A stretch of 64,000 bases of DNA from an uncultured Pelagibacteraceae bacterium (GCA_902520215.1 CABYNA010000003.1:25462-89461); one strand, 5' to 3'. Counted from the first letter of the stretch, positions 28,277 through 38,843 are shown. Translations and numbers: made by a program. Notes: a model not told the origin generated them from the sequence alone.

Positions 28277-30946
28277 ATGAAACCAGGAAAAATTAACTCG
28301 TACAAGACGCTATCTGAAATAGAAATAAACAACAAAAAATTCAAATTTTATTCACTTAAAAAAGCAGAAGAAAATGGTTTGGAGGGCATCTCAAAGTTAC
28401 CAAAATCCCTTAAAGTTTTGTTAGAAAATTTATTAAGATATGAAGATGATGTTTCAGTTACAAAAAATCAAATTGAGGCAATTAAAGATTGGCTAAAATC
28501 AAAAAAATCTAAAACAGAAATTGCTTATCGACCCGCAAGAGTGTTACTACAAGATTATACTGGAATTCCTGCAGTGGCTGACTTGGCGGCTATGAGAGAA
28601 GCTGTGAAAGAAAAAAATAAAGATCCTAATACAATTAATCCACTTTCTGCAGTGGATCTTGTTATTGACCATTCAGTTCAAGTTGATCAGTCTGCTAAAG
28701 CAGATTCGTTCGATAAAAATGTTGAAATTGAATTCAATAGAAATGGTGAGAGATATTCTTTTTTAAAATGGGGTCAGCAAGCATTCAATAACTTTAGAAT
28801 AGTTCCTCCTGGAACTGGAATTTGTCATCAGGTAAATTTAGAATACTTATCCAAAGTGGTATGGAGTGAAGAGTTTGAAGGACAAAATTATCTTTTTCCA
28901 GACACATTAGTAGGAACCGATAGTCATACTACCATGGTTAATGGACTTTCAGTTTTAGGATGGGGAGTCGGTGGTATTGAAGCTGAAGCGGGTATGTTAG
29001 GTCAGCCCATCTCAATGCTCATTCCTGAAGTAATAGGTTTTGAGGTAAAAAATAAAATGCCAGAAGGCACTACTGCAACAGACTTAGTTTTAACAGTTGT
29101 TAAAATGTTAAGAGACAAGGGTGTAGTTGGAAAGTTTGTAGAATTTTATGGTGATGGTTTAAAAAATTTAACTTTAGCGGATCGTGCAACAATAGCAAAT
29201 ATGGCTCCAGAGTACGGAGCTACTTGTGGTTTTTTTCCAATAGATGAAGAAACTTTAAAGTATTTAAAATTTTCCGGTAGAGATGAAATGACAGTAAAAA
29301 TAGTTGAGGAATATGCTAAAGTTCAGGGTTTGTGGTCTAGTCAAAATATTGATTTTACTGACACTTTAACTTTAGATATGACAACTATTGTTCCTACTAT
29401 TTCAGGACCGAAAAGACCACAAGATAAAGTTTTATTAACTGATGCCTCAACTAGTTTTAAGAAAAGTTTTTCTGAATTAACTGGTAAAAAAGATTTTTCA
29501 GTTTCAAAAGTTAAAGGTAAAGAATTTTCAATTAAAGATGGATCTATTTTAATTGCAGCAATTACATCTTGCACAAACACTTCTAATCCAAATGTTTTAA
29601 TCGGAGCAGGGCTTTTAGCCAAGAAAGCAGTAGAGTTAGGATTGGAGGTAAAACCTTGGGTTAAAACTTCATTAGCACCAGGATCACAAGTTGTAACAGA
29701 CTATCTGGAGAAAGCAGGTTTGAATACTTATCTAGATAAACTTGGTTTTCATCTAGTTGGTTATGGTTGTACTACATGTATTGGAAATTCAGGTCCATTA
29801 GCTGATGAGATTGTTGAATCTATACAAAAAGAAAATATCTATGCTGTTTCGGTACTGTCTGGCAATAGAAATTTCGAGGGTAGAATTTCTCCACATATAA
29901 AAGCAAATTATCTTGCCTCACCTCCGTTAGTCGTTGCTTATGCTCTTGCCGGTCATATGAATTTTGATTTGTATAAAGATAGCTTTGGTAAAGATAAAGA
30001 TGGTAAAGATATTTTTATGAAAGATATTTGGCCATCAAATAAAGAAATTGAAGATGTATTAAAAACATCTTTAAACCCAGAAATGTTTGTGAAGAGATAT
30101 TCAAATGTTTCTGAAGGACCAAAACAATGGCAACAAATTAAAACAGAGAAAAGTAGTATTTATAATTGGGAAGAAAATTCTACGTATGTAAAAAAACCAC
30201 CTTTTTTTGAAAATCTTCCAGATCAACCTGAAGGTTTTAAAAGAATTCATGATGCTCGCCCATTATTAATCTTAGGTGACATGGTAACAACAGATCATAT
30301 TTCCCCTGCTGGTAACATTCAAAAAGAAAGTCCTACAGGTGAATATTTTATGAAACACCAAATTTTACCGAAAGATTATAATTCTTATGGTGCCAGAAGA
30401 GGAAATCATGAAGTAATGATGAGAGGAACATTTGCTAATATTAGAATAAGAAATGAGATGGCACCTGGCACAGAAGGTGGATTTACAACGCTTTACCCAG
30501 AAAAAAAAGTGATGCCAATTTATGATGCAGTTGTTGAATATAAAAAAAGAGGAACAGATTTAGTTGTTATCGGTGGAAAAGAATATGGAACAGGCTCGTC
30601 AAGAGATTGGGCAGCGAAAGGAACCAAACTTTTAGGAGTAAAGACTGTAATTGCTGAAAGTTTTGAGAGAATTCATAGATCTAACTTAATTGGGATGGGT
30701 ATTTTGCCATTACAATTTATTGATAATATTGATAGGAAAAATTTAAAATTAATTGGTTCAGAATTGATTAGTATAATCAATCTTGAGAATGGAATTAATC
30801 CTTCTGATAAAGTTAAAGTAGAAATAAAGTATGCTTCAGGTGAAATTAAAATGATCCAAGCACTTTGTAGAATAGATACTAAAAATGAGCTAGAGTATTA
30901 TAAAAATGGAGGAATATTACAATACGTTCTCCGAAATATGATTTAA
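28277..30946 (+). CDS. acnA: Aconitate hydratase 1
   Basis: QDYTGIPAVADLA, DSHTTM, ITSCTNTSNP, GYGCTTCIGNSG, GSSRDWAAKG. Confidence 0.97.
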   Translation: MKPGKINSYKTLSEIEINNKKFKFYSLKKAEENGLEGISKLPKSLKVLLENLLRYEDDVSVTKNQIEAIKDWLKSKKSKTEIAYRPARVLLQDYTGIPAVADLAAMREAVKEKNKDPNTINPLSAVDLVIDHSVQVDQSAKADSFDKNVEIEFNRNGERYSFLKWGQQAFNNFRIVPPGTGICHQVNLEYLSKVVWSEEFEGQNYLFPDTLVGTDSHTTMVNGLSVLGWGVGGIEAEAGMLGQPISMLIPEVIGFEVKNKMPEGTTATDLVLTVVKMLRDKGVVGKFVEFYGDGLKNLTLADRATIANMAPEYGATCGFFPIDEETLKYLKFSGRDEMTVKIVEEYAKVQGLWSSQNIDFTDTLTLDMTTIVPTISGPKRPQDKVLLTDASTSFKKSFSELTGKKDFSVSKVKGKEFSIKDGSILIAAITSCTNTSNPNVLIGAGLLAKKAVELGLEVKPWVKTSLAPGSQVVTDYLEKAGLNTYLDKLGFHLVGYGCTTCIGNSGPLADEIVESIQKENIYAVSVLSGNRNFEGRISPHIKANYLASPPLVVAYALAGHMNFDLYKDSFGKDKDGKDIFMKDIWPSNKEIEDVLKTSLNPEMFVKRYSNVSEGPKQWQQIKTEKSSIYNWEENSTYVKKPPFFENLPDQPEGFKRIHDARPLLILGDMVTTDHISPAGNIQKESPTGEYFMKHQILPKDYNSYGARRGNHEVMMRGTFANIRIRNEMAPGTEGGFTTLYPEKKVMPIYDAVVEYKKRGTDLVVIGGKEYGTGSSRDWAAKGTKLLGVKTVIAESFERIHRSNLIGMGILPLQFIDNIDRKNLKLIGSELISIINLENGINPSDKVKVEIKYASGEIKMIQALCRIDTKNELEYYKNGGILQYVLRNMI

Positions 30947-30948
30947 TT

Positions 30949-31593
30949 ATGGATGAAGATATAGCAATCATTAATAGCAATACTAGAAATCAGAGAATAA
31001 AAGATTTTTTTACAAAAAATAAAAAACTAATCATATCTTTTTTAATCACTTTGATACTAATTTTGCTAGGTTTTTACTCATATCAAATCTATCAAGATAA
31101 AAATAAAATTAAAATTTCAGATAAGTATAATAGTTCAATCATTAAACATAAGAATGGAGATAATTCCGGGATAGTATCGGCTATGCAAGAGATAGTAGAA
31201 AATAAAGATCCAACTTATTCTCCATTGGCTTTGTATTACTTGATAGATAATGAGTTAGTGAGTGATAAAAATAAAATTAATAGCTTGTTTGATATATTGA
31301 TTAACAAAACTTCATTGGATAGTGAAATTAAGTATCTTATTATTTATAAAAAAGCTCTTTATAATGCTGATACAATCAATGAAGGTCAAATTTTAGAAAT
31401 TTTAAATCCTGTAATTAATTCAAAAAGTGTTTGGAAGTCTCATGCTTTATATTTGATAGCAGAGTACTTTTACTCTAAAGGTGAAAAGCAAAAATCCAAA
31501 GAATTTTTCAGTCAAATAATTACTTTAGAAAACGCTAATTTGGATATACTCAAGGAAACACAAAAAAGACTAAACAGAGATTTGAGTGAATAA
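30949..31593 (+). CDS. YfgM-like membrane-anchored TPR protein
   Basis: Single N-terminal TM followed by helical repeats; directly upstream of bamB, the usual synteny. Confidence 0.65.
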   Translation: MDEDIAIINSNTRNQRIKDFFTKNKKLIISFLITLILILLGFYSYQIYQDKNKIKISDKYNSSIIKHKNGDNSGIVSAMQEIVENKDPTYSPLALYYLIDNELVSDKNKINSLFDILINKTSLDSEIKYLIIYKKALYNADTINEGQILEILNPVINSKSVWKSHALYLIAEYFYSKGEKQKSKEFFSQIITLENANLDILKETQKRLNRDLSE

Positions 31594-32884
31594 AATATTT
31601 GTAATATTAATATTTTCAATTTTTTTATCTAATTGCTCTCTGAATGAAAATTCACGAATATGGAATAAAAAAGAAAATATTGAAAATGAAAATAAGGTCT
31701 CTAAAAAAATTCTTACAGAAAAAGAGATAATTTCAACAGAATTTAATCCTTTATTAAAGTTAGACCTATCAAAAAATAAGCAAAATAACAAAATTTTTGA
31801 TCCACTAAATAATTTTGGATCGTCAAAATATAATGGTCAACTGAATAAAGTTAATCAATATAAATTTTCAAAACTAGAAAATTTTAATCAATTTAATTTT
31901 GAGCCACTGATTTTAGATAATGGCGTAATAGTCTTTGAAAAAAAAGGAACTATTATTAGGTTTAATGATAATAAAAAAGTTGTTTGGAAAAATAACTTTT
32001 ATTCAAAAACAGAAAAGAAAATTCATCCCACTTTATCATTTGCAATGACAAATAAAAATTTATTAGTTGCAGATAGTATAGCAAAAGTTTCAAGTATTAA
32101 TTTACAAACTGGAAATTTAATTTGGTCAAAAAAAAATGAATATCCATTTAATTCAGAAATCAAAATTTTTAAGGACAAATTTTTTGTAGTTGATTTTAAA
32201 AATACCCTGAGATGTTTTTATTTAAAAGATGGTACAGAGTGCTGGAATATAAAAACTGAAGATTCTTTTACTGTGTCTAATTCAAAATTCTCAATGTTAA
32301 TTAAAGATAATTTAGTGATATATAATAATTCCCTCGGGGATATAACTGCAGTTGATATTTTATCTGGTTTAATTCAATGGCAGCTCCCAACACAAACAAG
32401 CAGTATTATGAATGAAACATATGGTTTTAATTTCTCAAAACTAGTTAGTGATGGAAGCTCAATTTATTTTTCTAATAATAAAAATCAATTTTATTCTGTA
32501 GATTTAAAATCAGGTACTATGAACTGGATGAGTGAAATTAATTCTATTCTTACACCAATCATAATAGGAAATTTCATTTTTACTGTGTCTGAAAACGGCT
32601 ATCTTTTTACAATTCAAAAAAATGAAGGGAATATTATTAGAATTAATGATATTTATAAAAATTTTAATTTAAAAAAAAGAAAAAGAACAAAACCGACAGG
32701 TTTTACCATAGGTGGAAATAATCTTTATCTTGCAAATTCTGATGGAAATTTAATTGTTATAAGCTTAAGCGCTGGAAATGTTATAAAAATTGAAAAAGTT
32801 GGCAGAGATTTAATATCAAAACCTTTAATATATGATGAAAATTTATTTATTGTTAAAAATGGCTCTATAACCCAATATGATTAG
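31586..32884 (+). CDS. bamB: BamB-like beta-propeller (PQQ-repeat) lipoprotein
   Basis: Lipobox-like FLSNC; repeated xxGxxxW motifs (TGNLIW, DGTECW, SGLIQW, SGTMNW). Confidence 0.75.
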   Translation: MNKIFVILIFSIFLSNCSLNENSRIWNKKENIENENKVSKKILTEKEIISTEFNPLLKLDLSKNKQNNKIFDPLNNFGSSKYNGQLNKVNQYKFSKLENFNQFNFEPLILDNGVIVFEKKGTIIRFNDNKKVVWKNNFYSKTEKKIHPTLSFAMTNKNLLVADSIAKVSSINLQTGNLIWSKKNEYPFNSEIKIFKDKFFVVDFKNTLRCFYLKDGTECWNIKTEDSFTVSNSKFSMLIKDNLVIYNNSLGDITAVDILSGLIQWQLPTQTSSIMNETYGFNFSKLVSDGSSIYFSNNKNQFYSVDLKSGTMNWMSEINSILTPIIIGNFIFTVSENGYLFTIQKNEGNIIRINDIYKNFNLKKRKRTKPTGFTIGGNNLYLANSDGNLIVISLSAGNVIKIEKVGRDLISKPLIYDENLFIVKNGSITQYD

Positions 32885-32886
32885 TT

Positions 32887-33318
32887 ATGTTTTTAAAATT
32901 TTTAGACAAAATAGGAAGAAAAAAAGTTGTTTTAGATAGGGGTCCTTCACATCCCAAGTATCATGAAGCTAAACCATGGATGAATAGATATTATCTTATC
33001 TTTCGACATAGACCGAAGTGGTTTCCGTTTAATATTCTAATTCATGAAATGTTAGCGGATGATCATGGCGAAGGTGTTCACAATCATACATTTCCATATA
33101 TCACCATAATACTTAGAGGAGGATATTGGGAGACATTAAGCACAGGAAAATTCTGGCGACCTCCTGGTTATATAGGATTTAGATCTGCAAATAACTTACA
33201 TAGAGTAGACTTAAAACCTGGGACGAGGCCTTTAACATTATTTATATCTGGTCCGTTTGGACTAAGGAAAGGACCAAGATCTGAATACGGAATTGATTTT
33301 AAAAGTAAAAAAAATTAA
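32887..33318 (+). CDS. Cupin-fold hypothetical protein of a family common in phages
   Basis: RYYL..WFPFNILIH..DD..VHNH.FPYITIILRGGYWE..HRVDL..TLFISGP; HxH..E..H metal set. Confidence 0.6.
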   Translation: MFLKFLDKIGRKKVVLDRGPSHPKYHEAKPWMNRYYLIFRHRPKWFPFNILIHEMLADDHGEGVHNHTFPYITIILRGGYWETLSTGKFWRPPGYIGFRSANNLHRVDLKPGTRPLTLFISGPFGLRKGPRSEYGIDFKSKKN

Positions 33319-34370
33319 TGTCTTTAAATCTTGAAGAAAAATTTAAAACTCATAGTAATACACAAAATCTAGAGTTAAATCCAAATCAAATAACTTTAGT
33401 AAAACAATTAGATAATTTTTATAAAGAAAATTTTAGAAGTAACTTGTTGAATTTTTTTTCCAAACAATCCTCAAAAAAAGGTTTTTATCTTTATGGTGGT
33501 GTTGGTGTTGGAAAAACTATGATTTTAGATTTTTTTTTTAATCTAGTTAATCAAAAAAAACAACGTCTTCACTTTAATGAATTTATGTTAAACTTCCATG
33601 ATTTTGTTCATGATAATAAAGATCAAAATGAGGAAAATGTAATTACTGTATTTGTTAAAGATTTAAAATCAAAATTTTCACTCATCTTCTTTGATGAATT
33701 TCAAGTTACCAATATTGTCGATGCTATGATATTAGGCAAACTATTTCAGGAAATATTTAATCAAAATATTAAGGTTATTGTGACCTCAAACACAAAAATA
33801 TCAGAACTATATAAAGATGGATTACAAAGAGATCAATTTAAACCCTTTATTCAAATAATGCAGGAAAAATCAATAGAGCATGAGTTGATAATTGATGATG
33901 ATTACAGAAAAAGCAAAGAAACCGAAAAACGAAGATATTTTCATCCTTTAAACCAAGAAACTAATTTTAAGATAAATAAGTTTTCTAGAATAATTACTAA
34001 AAATAAAAAATTATCTCGCAAAGTTTTGAATATCAAAGGTAGAAATTTCGAAATTAAAAATTTTTATGAAGGGATTTCAAAGTTTCATTTTGATGAATTG
34101 TGTGATCAAAACCTAGGTGGTGAAGATTATTTGAAAATTGCTGAAAGTTCTGAATTTATAATAATTGAAAATGTACCAGAATTTAGTGATATCAACTCAA
34201 ATCAACAACAAAGGTTCATAACCCTGATTGATGTAATTTATGATAAAGATAGAGCAATAGCAGTAACCGCTGAGCAAAGTTTAGAAAAATTGTCGAGCTC
34301 TAAGTCTTTAGAAAAACCATTTAAACGTACAATTAGCCGTTTATTTGAGTTAACATCAAAAAATTATTAA
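33318..34370 (+). CDS. zapE: AFG1/ZapE family ATPase
   Basis: YLYGGVGVGKT, FDEFQVTNIVDAMIL, TSN..LYKDGLQR, RFITLIDVIYD, RTISRL. Confidence 0.92.
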   Translation: MSLNLEEKFKTHSNTQNLELNPNQITLVKQLDNFYKENFRSNLLNFFSKQSSKKGFYLYGGVGVGKTMILDFFFNLVNQKKQRLHFNEFMLNFHDFVHDNKDQNEENVITVFVKDLKSKFSLIFFDEFQVTNIVDAMILGKLFQEIFNQNIKVIVTSNTKISELYKDGLQRDQFKPFIQIMQEKSIEHELIIDDDYRKSKETEKRRYFHPLNQETNFKINKFSRIITKNKKLSRKVLNIKGRNFEIKNFYEGISKFHFDELCDQNLGGEDYLKIAESSEFIIIENVPEFSDINSNQQQRFITLIDVIYDKDRAIAVTAEQSLEKLSSSKSLEKPFKRTISRLFELTSKNY

Positions 34371-34371
34371 T

Positions 34372-34794
34372 ATGAAACAAGAATTTTATAATCTTAAAAT
34401 AGATACCAATGGTCAACGATTGTATGAATTTACTGATCAAACATTAAATTGGATTGAAAAAAACAATTTTAAAAATGGAATTTTAAATTTAAGTATTCAG
34501 CATACGAGCGCCTCGATTATTGTTCAAGAAAATGCTGACCCAGATGTGCAGACTGATTTAATTAATTATTTTGATAAATTGGTGCCCATGAATAATAAAT
34601 TATATATTCACACCACTGAGGGAAAAGATGATATGCCTGCACATATCAAGTCTGCTCTTACTAATAATCAAATTTCATTAAGCGTCAAAAATAAAGAACT
34701 ATTACTAGGTACTTGGCAAGGAATCTATCTTTTTGAACATAGGTTAAATCCACAAACAAGAACTATAATTCATCATTTTTTTGGTGAAGCTTAA
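34372..34794 (+). CDS. yjbQ: YjbQ/UPF0047 protein
   Basis: HTSASIIVQENADPDV, EGKDDMPAHIKS, LGTWQGIYLFEHR. Confidence 0.92.
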   Translation: MKQEFYNLKIDTNGQRLYEFTDQTLNWIEKNNFKNGILNLSIQHTSASIIVQENADPDVQTDLINYFDKLVPMNNKLYIHTTEGKDDMPAHIKSALTNNQISLSVKNKELLLGTWQGIYLFEHRLNPQTRTIIHHFFGEA

Positions 34795-36209
34795 TTTTTT
34801 AAGCTTTGGAAAGCTTTAAGAGCAGCAGCACGAGCTTCTTCATGAATGACAATGGGTTTTGGATAATTTTTTCCAATTATTGTTTTGATAGCCTCTTGAT
34901 ATTTAATTTCCATTTCCCAAGGCTTATGAATAAATTTTTTTGGGACTTTACTTAATTCCGGTATCCATTTTTTTACATATATACCATCTTTATCAAACTT
35001 TTCTCCCTGAAGAATTGGATTGAATATTCTAAAATAAGGTGCAGCATCTGCACCACAACCTGCTACCCATTGCCATTGTGCAACATTATTAGCTTTATTA
35101 AAATCAAGTAAGCAGTTTCGAAAATGTTTTTCCCCTTCAGTCCAATTTATCCTTAAATGTTTTACTAAAAAAGATCCAACTACCATTCTAATTCTGTTAT
35201 GCATCCATCCTGTTTCATAAAGCTCTCTCATACCAGCGTCAACAATTGGATAACCTGTCATTCCAGATTTCCAAGCCTTTAAAAACTTTTCATTTTTAAC
35301 CCAAGGAAACTTATCAAATTCTTTTCTATAATTTCCTTTTAAAAACTCTGGAAAATAATTTATTAAGCTATGTGAAAATTCCCGCCAACCTAACTCATTA
35401 ACATATTTTCTATACCCAATTCCTTTAGATTTCATTTCACTGCATTTTTTCCAAATTGTATTCACATGGATTTGTCCATGTTTAATATAGGGAGATAACT
35501 TGGATGTACCTTCTATTGATGGATAATCTCTAGCAGTTCCATAATCTTTTATTTTATTTGCAATTAAGTTATTTAAGATCTTTTTCGAGTCATTTTCTGA
35601 TACATTCCAATAATTTTCAAATTTCTTATACCAGTTTTTTTTTGGCAGAATTTTTGTTGGCTCAATAGAATCTTTAAATAAAGAGAATGATTTTGATTTT
35701 TTCTTGACGATATAATTTTTACTTGGAGGCAAGCCTAAAAATTTTTGCTCAGCATTTCTCCAAAATGGGGTAAAAACTTTAAAAGGAGTTCCGTCATTTT
35801 TAGTTACTTCTTGAAATTCATTTAATATATTTCCTTTAAAATACTTAAATTCGATTTCATTTTTAATAAAAACATCTCTGATTTTTTTTCCTTTAGCAAT
35901 TACATCAGGCTCATAAATTTTATTCCAATATATTGAAACATCGTCTTTTTTTTTTATTTTAGAAAAAACCTCTAATTCATCACCTTCTAATATCTGAAGA
36001 TTGATTTTATATTTCAATAGTTCTGACTGGAATACTTCCAAAGATTTTGAAAGCCACCATTTTTGTGCTTCTCTTTTATTATCAAAGTCAGCTTTGTTGT
36101 AGATATATAGGGCAGCTACATTTTCATGATTTTGCGTAGCATAAGCAAGAGCAGGGTTATGCTCAATTCTAAAATCTTCTCTGATCCATGTAACTGCGTT
36201 TTTTGTCAT
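34791..36209 (-). CDS. phrB: Class I CPD photolyase
   Basis: WIREDFRIEHNPAL, TSKLSPY, ELGWREF, GMTGYPIVDAGMREL..GWMHNRIRM, PYFRIFNP. Confidence 0.93.
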   Translation of the reverse strand: MTKNAVTWIREDFRIEHNPALAYATQNHENVAALYIYNKADFDNKREAQKWWLSKSLEVFQSELLKYKINLQILEGDELEVFSKIKKKDDVSIYWNKIYEPDVIAKGKKIRDVFIKNEIEFKYFKGNILNEFQEVTKNDGTPFKVFTPFWRNAEQKFLGLPPSKNYIVKKKSKSFSLFKDSIEPTKILPKKNWYKKFENYWNVSENDSKKILNNLIANKIKDYGTARDYPSIEGTSKLSPYIKHGQIHVNTIWKKCSEMKSKGIGYRKYVNELGWREFSHSLINYFPEFLKGNYRKEFDKFPWVKNEKFLKAWKSGMTGYPIVDAGMRELYETGWMHNRIRMVVGSFLVKHLRINWTEGEKHFRNCLLDFNKANNVAQWQWVAGCGADAAPYFRIFNPILQGEKFDKDGIYVKKWIPELSKVPKKFIHKPWEMEIKYQEAIKTIIGKNYPKPIVIHEEARAAALKAFQSLKN

Positions 36210-36215
36210 AGAAAT

Positions 36216-37328
36216 TTATTTTCTACCTTTAGATAACAGTTGTTTGTAAAGTTTTACATCTGCATTTCCTTCGCATCCTATGACTAGAATATTTGAGCTT
36301 TCATTAAGATTAAGGAATTTTTTAGCTCTAATATTATTACATATTCCTATCAAAGCGATAACGCCTGGAGCCGCGCATTCACCACCTGTAATAGAAATCT
36401 TGCTGAACTTTTTATCTTTTAGGCCAGCGATAGTTTTTGCAATATTTTTATCTGAGATCGATACACAACAATCGCTGGCACTTTTTAATATTTGCCATGG
36501 TACCAATGACATCTCATTACACGACATTCCACCCATAATGCTCTCTTTTTTAATTCTAATTTTTTTAAGTTTATTGCTTTTAATACTTTGAAGCACACAA
36601 TCAGCTTGATCAGGTTCGACAATTATAATTTTAGGTATTCTTTTAAAATATTTTGCAACACCAGCTACTACACCGGCCGCTAATCCTCCAACGCCTGCTT
36701 GTAGAAATATATGAGTTATATACTGATTAGTTTGTTGGGATATTTCTTTAATCATGATTGAATATCCTGCCATAGTAAGTTGCGGAACATACTTATAATT
36801 TTTTGTAGATACATCTTGGACAATTTTCCAATTATTTTTTTTTGATTGTTTCTGACATTCTTTAAGGGAATTTTCATAATCCCCCTTAACTCTTATAACT
36901 TCAGCACCAAATTTTTTAATTTCATTTACTCTTGTTTCACTCACATATTGGCTTACAAATATTTTACATTTTAGTTTTAATCTTTGCGCTCCCCACGCAA
37001 CTGATCTACCATGATTACCTGCAGTTGCAGAAGAAATTGTAATATTTTTTTTTCCTCTAGATATTTTTTCTACTGCATAAGCGCCGCCAAGGGCTTTGAA
37101 GGACTTTAAATGAAACCTTTTAGACTCATCTTTGTAAAAAATATTGTTGAGTTCTAAATTTTTTTGAAGTTTATTAAGTCTTAAAAGAGGAGTAGCTCTA
37201 TAACTTCTCCAACTAGAAATTGATTTAAAAGCATTGGAAAGCATAGTTGAGGGTAAATATTTAAGGACATAATTTCTTTTGAATTTAAAATTGCCGTTGA
37301 TTAAAAATTTCGTTAACTTCCAATTCAC
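36216..37328 (-). CDS. dpaL: Diaminopropionate ammonia-lyase family PLP enzyme
   Basis: KDESKRFHLKSFKALGGAYA (PLP Lys), ATAGNHGRSVAWGA, THIFLQAGVGGLA. Confidence 0.85.
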   Translation of the reverse strand: MNWKLTKFLINGNFKFKRNYVLKYLPSTMLSNAFKSISSWRSYRATPLLRLNKLQKNLELNNIFYKDESKRFHLKSFKALGGAYAVEKISRGKKNITISSATAGNHGRSVAWGAQRLKLKCKIFVSQYVSETRVNEIKKFGAEVIRVKGDYENSLKECQKQSKKNNWKIVQDVSTKNYKYVPQLTMAGYSIMIKEISQQTNQYITHIFLQAGVGGLAAGVVAGVAKYFKRIPKIIIVEPDQADCVLQSIKSNKLKKIRIKKESIMGGMSCNEMSLVPWQILKSASDCCVSISDKNIAKTIAGLKDKKFSKISITGGECAAPGVIALIGICNNIRAKKFLNLNESSNILVIGCEGNADVKLYKQLLSKGRK

Positions 37329-37329
37329 T

Positions 37330-38655
37330 TTAGCAATCTAAAGTATTTAGACTTTCCCATTTAGTGACGGGCTTTGACTTATTAAATTTTTCTTTTCTAT
37401 TAAATTCTTTAATCTCCGAAATTCTTAGCTTAACAAAGCTATTAATAGTATCTTTACCAAAACTTTTATTCATATCCTTATTATTCTTTAATTGTACTAG
37501 TGATTGTTTCAATTCATTTGGAAGTTTTGGAAGTTTAGGATATTTTTTATAGTCCGTATACATATTACAATGCAAAGGTTTTCCTGGATTGATCTTATTT
37601 TTTAAACCATGTATTCCAGCAGCTAAAACTCCAGCTTGTAATAAATACGGATTAGCAGACCCATCCATTAATCTTAATTCAAATCTACCAGGATCAGGAA
37701 TTCTTATCATGTGAGTTCTGTTATTTCCTGTGTAAGAAATACTACTTGGAGACCATGACGCTCCTGATTTTGTTGGTGGGGCATTTATTCTTCTATAGCT
37801 ATTGATTGTTGGATTAAAGAAAGCAGATAACGAAGAGGCATTCTTGATCACTCCTCCTAAAAAATTATATGCCATTTTACTTAAACCCAGTTTATCTTTT
37901 GGATCTAAAAATTTATTTTTCTTACCCTGCCAAACAGAAATATGCGCATGACAACCATTGCCTGTTAAATTTTGAAAAGGTTTAGGCATAAATGTTGCTC
38001 TCAGCCCGTGTTTTTCAGAAATTGTTTTTACCATATACTTAAAGAAAGTATGTCTATCAGCTGTTGTTAAACAATCTGAATAATTCCAATTCATTTCAAA
38101 TTGACCATTAGCATCCTCATGATCGTTTTGATAAGGACCCCATCCCATTTCTATCATGCAATCACAAATTTCTTTTATAAGCTCATATCTTCTCATTAAT
38201 GCAGATTGATCATAACAAGGTTTTGATTGTGTATCTCTAGGATCTGCAATGGATTTTCCGTCCTCTGAAATTAAAAAATATTCACACTCCACACCAGATT
38301 TCATCGTTAAACCACGTTTTGCAAGTTCTTTAATTTGTTTCTTGAGCATTACTCTAGGTGAAGCCTCAACAGGTTTTCCATTCATCCAAAGATCTGATGC
38401 CAACCAACCAACTTCTTTATTCCAAGGTAATTGAATTAAACTATCTGGGTCAGGAATACCAAACATATCAGAGTCTGCAGGTGTCATGTCAAGCCATGCA
38501 GCAAAACCAGCGAAACCTGCACCTGCTGTTTGCATTTCTCTTATTGCATTAGCTGGAACTAATTTTGATCTTAAAACTCCAAAGAGATCTACAAAACTTA
38601 TTAAAAAATATTTTATCTTTTTTTGTTTAGCGATTTTGAACAAATTTTTTGCCAT
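37330..38655 (-). CDS. gmaS: Gamma-glutamylmethylamide synthetase (GlnT-type glutamate-amine ligase)
   Basis: FVDLFGVLRSKLVP, AGFAGFAAWLDMTP, KPCYDQSALMR, YQNDHEDANGQFEMN, SGASWSP; located in the methylamine cluster. Confidence 0.88.
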   Translation of the reverse strand: MAKNLFKIAKQKKIKYFLISFVDLFGVLRSKLVPANAIREMQTAGAGFAGFAAWLDMTPADSDMFGIPDPDSLIQLPWNKEVGWLASDLWMNGKPVEASPRVMLKKQIKELAKRGLTMKSGVECEYFLISEDGKSIADPRDTQSKPCYDQSALMRRYELIKEICDCMIEMGWGPYQNDHEDANGQFEMNWNYSDCLTTADRHTFFKYMVKTISEKHGLRATFMPKPFQNLTGNGCHAHISVWQGKKNKFLDPKDKLGLSKMAYNFLGGVIKNASSLSAFFNPTINSYRRINAPPTKSGASWSPSSISYTGNNRTHMIRIPDPGRFELRLMDGSANPYLLQAGVLAAGIHGLKNKINPGKPLHCNMYTDYKKYPKLPKLPNELKQSLVQLKNNKDMNKSFGKDTINSFVKLRISEIKEFNRKEKFNKSKPVTKWESLNTLDC

Positions 38656-38672
38656 AGATTAGGGTAACATAG

Positions 38673-38828
38673 TTATTTAAAAAAAGAAAAAATTGTTTCT
38701 TTATAATAAACCAGATTTACAACTATAATTATTATGACCGCAAGTATAACTCCGTATTTAGCTTTTGGAAAAGCTACACCACGCATCTTTCTTGGTCTCA
38801 GTTCTTCATTATTATTCTCGTCAAACAT
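38673..38828 (-). CDS. 51-aa single-TM hypothetical protein
   Basis: ATG at 38828 just downstream of the terminator; charged N-terminus then YGVILAVIIIIVVNLVYY. Confidence 0.55.
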   Translation of the reverse strand: MFDENNNEELRPRKMRGVAFPKAKYGVILAVIIIIVVNLVYYKETIFSFFK

Positions 38829-38843
38829 TATGATTTTTAGATT

